Of a stretch of 64,000 nucleotides of DNA, positions 59,003 through 64,000 are shown one piece after another. Under the pieces are notes generated by a model. That model saw nothing but the letters and a program-made list of their open reading frames with translations, was not told where the DNA came from and made no database searches. Source of the stretch: Patescibacteria group bacterium (GTDB lineage Bacteria; Patescibacteriota; Patescibacteriia; JAHIZJ01); contig JBAZUB010000003.1 of the NCBI GenBank assembly GCA_041661625.1, forward strand, positions 69,004 through 133,003, in the 5' to 3' direction. The stretch's first letter is position 1; every line of letters begins with the position of its first letter. The position numbers were made by a program, and so were the translations under genes.

Positions 59003-60241
59003 ATGGCAAGAGAAGAAATTTATACCGGCCTTGATCTGGGTTCCAGCACCGTCAGGATCGTTGTCGGCCAACACAGCGAAAATGGCCAGTTCCAGATTTT
59101 GGGAGTGGCCGAGCATCCGTCTGAAGGAATCAGCCGGGGGGTGATTACTAGTATTGAAGACACTGTTTCCAGCATTTCCGGCGCTCTGGAGAAAGCCGAA
59201 CGTATGACCGGACTACCCATCGAGCATGCTTTTGTGGGAATTAATGGCAACCACATCACTTCGCAGAACAGCCACGGTGTCGTGGCCGTGTCTAAAGCGG
59301 ATGGTGAAATTAAGGAAGACGATGTGGTGCGAGTGATTGAGGCGGCTCAGTCGGTGGCCATTCCGCCAAACTACGAAACACTGCATGTGATACCGCGGTC
59401 CTTTTCGGTTGATAACCAATCGGGCATAAAGGATCCAGTGGGTATGACCGGTATACGGTTGGAGGTCGACGCTCAAATAATTCAGGGCTTATCGAGCCAG
59501 GTTAAAAATACCACCAAATGTATTTACCGCACCGGGCTGGATATAGATGATTTGGTACTGGGTGTTTTGGCTGCATCCGAGTCGGTATTGACCCACCGTC
59601 AAAAGGAATTAGGAGTAGCGCTGATTAATATCGGTGCGGCCACAACCAGTGTGGCGGTGTTCGAAGAAGGAGACATTATTCACATGACAGTGCTGCCGGT
59701 GGGTAGCGGTCATATCACCAACGACATCGCAATTGGTTTACGCACATCGATTGAAGTGGCCGAACAGGTCAAGATTGAGGCCGCCTCCTGCGTACCGGAA
59801 GAAGTCAACAAGCGCGATGAAATAAACCTAAACGAAATATCCGACAGCGAGAATACGGTGGTATCCCGGAAGCATATTGCCGAGATTGCCGAAGCCCGGG
59901 TGGAAGAAATTTTTACGATGGTGGATAAGGAACTGCAGAAAATAGAACGGAGCGGCTTGTTACCGGCTGGGGTAATATTAACTGGCGGTGGCGCCAAGTT
60001 GCCCGGCGCCATCACGGTGGCTAAGCAGATTTTCAAGCTTCCGGCCGCTCTGGGTACCCCGCGTGATATTGTTTCATCAATTGATAAGATAACCGATCCG
60101 GCCTTTGCCACGGCAATTGGTTTAGCGATCTGGGGTGCCCAGGCCAATTCCAAGAGCCATGCCTTTTCCGGCAGCAGCTTTTCCTCGGTCGCCGATGTGA
60201 CCGGAAAACTGCGTAAGTGGTTTCGATCCCTGGTACCCTAA
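59003..60241 (+). CDS. ftsA: Cell division protein FtsA
   Basis: GLDLGSS, DPVGMTGIRLE, ITNDIAIGL, VILTGGGAKLPG. Confidence 0.96.
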   Translation: MAREEIYTGLDLGSSTVRIVVGQHSENGQFQILGVAEHPSEGISRGVITSIEDTVSSISGALEKAERMTGLPIEHAFVGINGNHITSQNSHGVVAVSKADGEIKEDDVVRVIEAAQSVAIPPNYETLHVIPRSFSVDNQSGIKDPVGMTGIRLEVDAQIIQGLSSQVKNTTKCIYRTGLDIDDLVLGVLAASESVLTHRQKELGVALINIGAATTSVAVFEEGDIIHMTVLPVGSGHITNDIAIGLRTSIEVAEQVKIEAASCVPEEVNKRDEINLNEISDSENTVVSRKHIAEIAEARVEEIFTMVDKELQKIERSGLLPAGVILTGGGAKLPGAITVAKQIFKLPAALGTPRDIVSSIDKITDPAFATAIGLAIWGAQANSKSHAFSGSSFSSVADVTGKLRKWFRSLVP

Positions 60242-60361
60242 GGAAAATGTTGACGTCAGCCAGTTTTGCGTGGTAGAGTATAAGCCAGTACGTCGTATAT
60301 TATGAAATATAAGGCTAAACGGGACCCCTCTGTCGATGGTCTCTCACGAAGGAACACTCTC

Positions 60362-61522
60362 ATGGAAGTGAAACCAGCTATCGAAACCTTTGCGAAAATC
60401 AAAGTAGTCGGATTGGGAGGTAGCGGTGGCTCGGCTATCAATCGCATGATTGCCTCGAAAATAAAGGGCGTTGATTTTGTCGTGATCAATACCGACGCGC
60501 AGGCGCTGCATCACAATCAGGCGCCGACCAAGATTCAAATTGGCAAGACTACCACACGTGGCCTGGGTGCTGGCATGGACTCCGAAACTGGTCAGAAAGC
60601 GGCCGAAGAGAACCAGGATGAAATTTACGATAACTTAAAAGGTGCCGATATGGTGTTTCTGACCTGTGGCCTGGGCGGCGGTACTGGCACGGGTTCGGCG
60701 CCAGTGGTGGCGGATATCGCAAAGGATGTGGGTGCCCTGACGGTCGCCGTGGTTACCAAACCATTCCAGTTCGAAGGTGAGGAACGTCGCCGGATCGCCG
60801 AAGATGGCCTATCCAAGCTAATCGAGAAAGTCGACACCATCATTACCATCCCGAACGACCGCTTGCTCCAGATCATCGACAAGAAGACCTCTTTGCTCGA
60901 AGCTTTTGAAATAGTGGATGACATACTGCGCCAAGGCGTTCAAGGTATTTCAGATTTGATCACCGTGCCGGGCTTAGTCAACGTCGACTTTGCCGACGTT
61001 AAGGCGATTATGCAGAATGCCGGTTCGGCTCTTATGGGCATTGGCCGCGGTACCGGCGAAAATCGTGCCGTCGAGGCTGCCAAGCTGGCCATCGAAAGCC
61101 CGTTACTGGAAATGTCGATCGAGGGCGCCAAAGGCATCTTATTCACTGTTACTGGCGGTACCAGCATGAGCATGTACGAATTGAATGAAGCAGCCAAGAT
61201 AATTACCGGCTCAGCCGATCCGGGTGCTAAGATCATCTTCGGCTCGGTGATTGATGAAAATCTCAAAGATGAACTCAAGATTACCGTGGTGGCGACTGGA
61301 TTCGGTGACAAGCGGGTGAAAAAAGTGAAGCTGGAAACGGTCACACCATTTACTCGCGACGAGAAGCCACCCCTGAACACATTTCAGCGTCCCGCCCCGC
61401 AAAACGTAACTCCTAAACGGGTGTTCAAGGACGAAGAACCATCTATGGAGAGCGCGCCTCAAAAATCTAAAGAAGAGGAAGAGCTGGAAATACCCGCGTT
61501 CATTCGCAAGAAAATGATGTGA
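60362..61522 (+). CDS. ftsZ: Cell division protein FtsZ
   Basis: GLGGGTGTG tubulin motif, NVDFADV, C-terminal EIPAFIRK. Confidence 0.97.
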   Translation: MEVKPAIETFAKIKVVGLGGSGGSAINRMIASKIKGVDFVVINTDAQALHHNQAPTKIQIGKTTTRGLGAGMDSETGQKAAEENQDEIYDNLKGADMVFLTCGLGGGTGTGSAPVVADIAKDVGALTVAVVTKPFQFEGEERRRIAEDGLSKLIEKVDTIITIPNDRLLQIIDKKTSLLEAFEIVDDILRQGVQGISDLITVPGLVNVDFADVKAIMQNAGSALMGIGRGTGENRAVEAAKLAIESPLLEMSIEGAKGILFTVTGGTSMSMYELNEAAKIITGSADPGAKIIFGSVIDENLKDELKITVVATGFGDKRVKKVKLETVTPFTRDEKPPLNTFQRPAPQNVTPKRVFKDEEPSMESAPQKSKEEEELEIPAFIRKKMM

Positions 61523-61662
61523 GCGTGAGTAAGATGATTGTTCGGCCCACTCTCCGGAGTGGGATTTAGTATTGACGATCCGGTTCGGTGGGCTCTTCAG
61601 CTCTTGTTCAGGTGAGAGTCGTTATATATACTGGTAGTGTCATATAATTAAAAAGTATCCAA

Positions 61663-62904
61663 ATGGATTCGCAAACAAATAAGCCCAACTTTATTAGTAA
61701 CGTCGTGCTGGTTAGTTTTGTCGTGGGGGGCGTGATGGGCGGACTGGTGGGGGCGGTGACCGGCGGTATTTCGGTGGATCATATCGTGCCTTGGTTTGAT
61801 CGGACATTTCTAGGTAAGGAGGCTACCGTAAACAATGCTAATACCACCTCAATAAGTACGACTAAAGTATCACAAGCCGAAGAAGAATCAGCCACAATTG
61901 ATACGGTCAAAGGTGTGTCGCCGTCGGTGGGTAGCATTATCGTCAAGCAGAACATTGTTCAGCCAAACACTGATCAACTTTCGCCGATCGACCTTTTCTT
62001 TGGTCAGCAACAACCCAATACAGATTCCAGTAGCCCAAGAGAGGTGGCAGCCGGAACCGGATTTATTATTTCCAGCGATGGCTATATTTTGACCAATAAA
62101 CACGTTATAAACATTAATAACGCGGCCTACACATTTGTGACTAACGAAGGCAATGAATATGACGCCAAACTAATCGCGACCGACCCATTTAACGATATCG
62201 CGGTCATAAAAATTGAAGCGAACGATCTGCCGGCGCTCGAGTTGGGCGATTCAGATTCGCTTAAGATCGGCCAGACTGTCATTGCCATCGGCAACACCTT
62301 GAGCCAATTTCCCAATACGGTCACCAAGGGCATCGTGAGCGGAATCGGACGAACCATTACGGCTGGTGATAGTCAGGGTAGCTCGGAAACGCTAGAACAG
62401 GTAATCCAAACCGACGCGGCCATCAATCAAGGTAATTCGGGCGGGCCGTTATTGACCCTGGATGGGAAAGTGGTGGGCATCAACACCGCTGTCAGCCAAG
62501 AGGGTCAATTGCTTGGTTTTGCCATTCCGATCAGCCAAGTTAAACCGGCCATTCAAAGCGTGCGGACGGATGGGAAAATTACCCGACCCTATTTGGGTGT
62601 GCGATATCAGATTATTACCCCGGAATCAGCTGAAGCGAATAATTTAAGTGTCGACTACGGTGCCTTGATTATTCGGGGGAGCAATAATTCGGTGGCGGTT
62701 CTGCCGGGTAGTCCGGCGGACAAGGCGGGTTTGGTTGAAAATGATATAATATTGGAAATGAACGGTCAGCGTATTACCGAAGACAATTCGCTGTCCCAAA
62801 TGATGAAGAGTCGGTCGGTGGGGGATTCCGTGACACTGAAATATCTTCATGACGGTGCCGAAAAGACTGCTACCACGATTTTGGAAGAGTATAAAGCCAC
62901 CTAA
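61663..62904 (+). CDS. HtrA/DegP-like serine protease with PDZ domain
   Basis: TNKHV, DIAVIKI, QTDAAINQGNSGGPL, PDZ. Confidence 0.93.
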   Translation: MDSQTNKPNFISNVVLVSFVVGGVMGGLVGAVTGGISVDHIVPWFDRTFLGKEATVNNANTTSISTTKVSQAEEESATIDTVKGVSPSVGSIIVKQNIVQPNTDQLSPIDLFFGQQQPNTDSSSPREVAAGTGFIISSDGYILTNKHVININNAAYTFVTNEGNEYDAKLIATDPFNDIAVIKIEANDLPALELGDSDSLKIGQTVIAIGNTLSQFPNTVTKGIVSGIGRTITAGDSQGSSETLEQVIQTDAAINQGNSGGPLLTLDGKVVGINTAVSQEGQLLGFAIPISQVKPAIQSVRTDGKITRPYLGVRYQIITPESAEANNLSVDYGALIIRGSNNSVAVLPGSPADKAGLVENDIILEMNGQRITEDNSLSQMMKSRSVGDSVTLKYLHDGAEKTATTILEEYKAT

Positions 62905-62914
62905 CCAAAGTTTC

Positions 62915-64000
62915 ATGAAAGAACTAATCCAATCCATCCGCGATCTCAAGGACAAAGTCGAGCGGACTTGGGGGTTACTTTGACCTCGATCGAAAGAAGA
63001 CCGAATTAAAAGTATTGGGTATCGAAGCCGCCCAGCCCGAATTCTGGCAAGATCAGGAACGGGCGCGTTTGGTTAGCCGGCAGATGGAGGAACAGCGGCG
63101 CGAGATTGAAACATGGGAATCAATCGACCGTCGTTTGGTCGACCTATTGAGTATTGCTCGTGAGGCGGAGCATGATCACTCGGAAGGTATTCAAGTCGAT
63201 ATTCAGAAACAATATGATGAGCTCAATGGTGAATTTGACCATTTAGAATTTTTCGTGTTGTTGGGTGGGCCGTATGACGTTCGAAATGCTCTGGTGGCGA
63301 TTCATGCCGGCACGGGCGGTGTCGAGGCGCAGGACTGGGCGGCGATGCTACTGCGCATGTATTTACGTTATAGTGAAAAAAAAGATTGGTCGGTACGCAT
63401 TCTGGATCGGTCGGTTGGAGAAGAAGCGGGAATTAAAAGCGCCACGCTGGAAGTGCAGGGTCGCTATGCCTATGGTTATTTGAAGGCCGAGGCTGGCGTG
63501 CACCGATTGGTTCGGTTATCTCCCTTTGATGCCGATCATCAGCGCCACACTTCATTTGCCTTGGTAGAAGCATTGCCCGAGATTGCCGAGGTTGAAGAAG
63601 TTGAGATTGATCCAAAAGATTTACGAATCGATACTTTTATGGCCTCGGGACATGGCGGTCAGAGTGTTAACACCACTTACTCTGCTGTGCGCATTGTGCA
63701 CTTGCCAACTAAGATTACGGTATCGTGCCAGAACGAACGTTCCCAGCAGCAGAATCGGGAAACCGCAATGAAAGTATTGAAGAGCCGATTGCACGCGCTG
63801 GCTGAAGCTGAGAAGCAGTCTGAGAAACAACAACTGCGCGGGGCGTATACCTCAGCCGAGTGGGGGAATCAGATTCGTTCTTATGTGCTTCAACCATATC
63901 AGATGGTTAAGGATCATAGAACAAAACATGAAACCTCAGATACCGGGAAGATTCTCGATGGAGACTTGGATGAGTTTGTTGAAGCCTATTTAAAGTTTGC
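62915..64000 (+). CDS. prfB: Peptide chain release factor 2, programmed +1 frameshift (3' end off the window)
   Basis: ATG 62915, 22 codons, then GGGGGTTA-CTT-TGA-C slip site (62978-62984); +1 frame gives DLDRKK..FWQD, LSPFD and SGHGGQSVN. Confidence 0.95.

Overview
The window looks like a Patescibacteria (CPR)-type chromosome with two accessory regions. The lineage is inferred from CPR-style pilin fusions, scarce Shine-Dalgarno sites, CCTGCC-type palindromes and the gene content. (1) 1-~16.76 kb is the right part of a visibly GC-richer integrative element inserted at the 3' end of tRNA-Leu(CAA). It encodes a large serine recombinase whose ORF ends inside the tRNA antisense strand, HTH/Rep-like proteins, two tandem RuvC-like genes, a Rad52-like/PD-(D/E)XK/RadC/DUF932 module and a type IV coupling-protein-like ATPase. 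Its cargo is a four-gene operon: a double-LAGLIDADG-like protein, an unknown protein and two SPPY (m4C-type) DNA methyltransferases, which is a candidate new restriction-modification-like system. (2) 17-38.5 kb is housekeeping (parA, parB, topA, dprA, mfd, pth, der, LCP protein, tRNA-Val, lepB, hisS). It also holds an unassigned promoter-driven structured ~400-nt ncRNA candidate and tRNA relics invaded by nested palindromes. (3) 38.56-~50.1 kb is an integron-type cassette array with no integrase in the window (CALIN). It has 9 clear attC-like sites and several eroded ones. Two attC-like sites are expanded to 344 and 744 bp and carry whole genes inside their loops, and the cassettes have long (about 18-80 bp) terminal inverted repeats. 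(4) 50-64 kb is housekeeping and surface genes: HIT, rpsU, YqeY, a 1504-aa pilin/Ig/Cys-repeat protein, ybeY, dgkA, ftsA, ftsZ, an HtrA protease, and prfB with its programmed +1 frameshift. All calls come from reading motifs by eye; no database searches were run.
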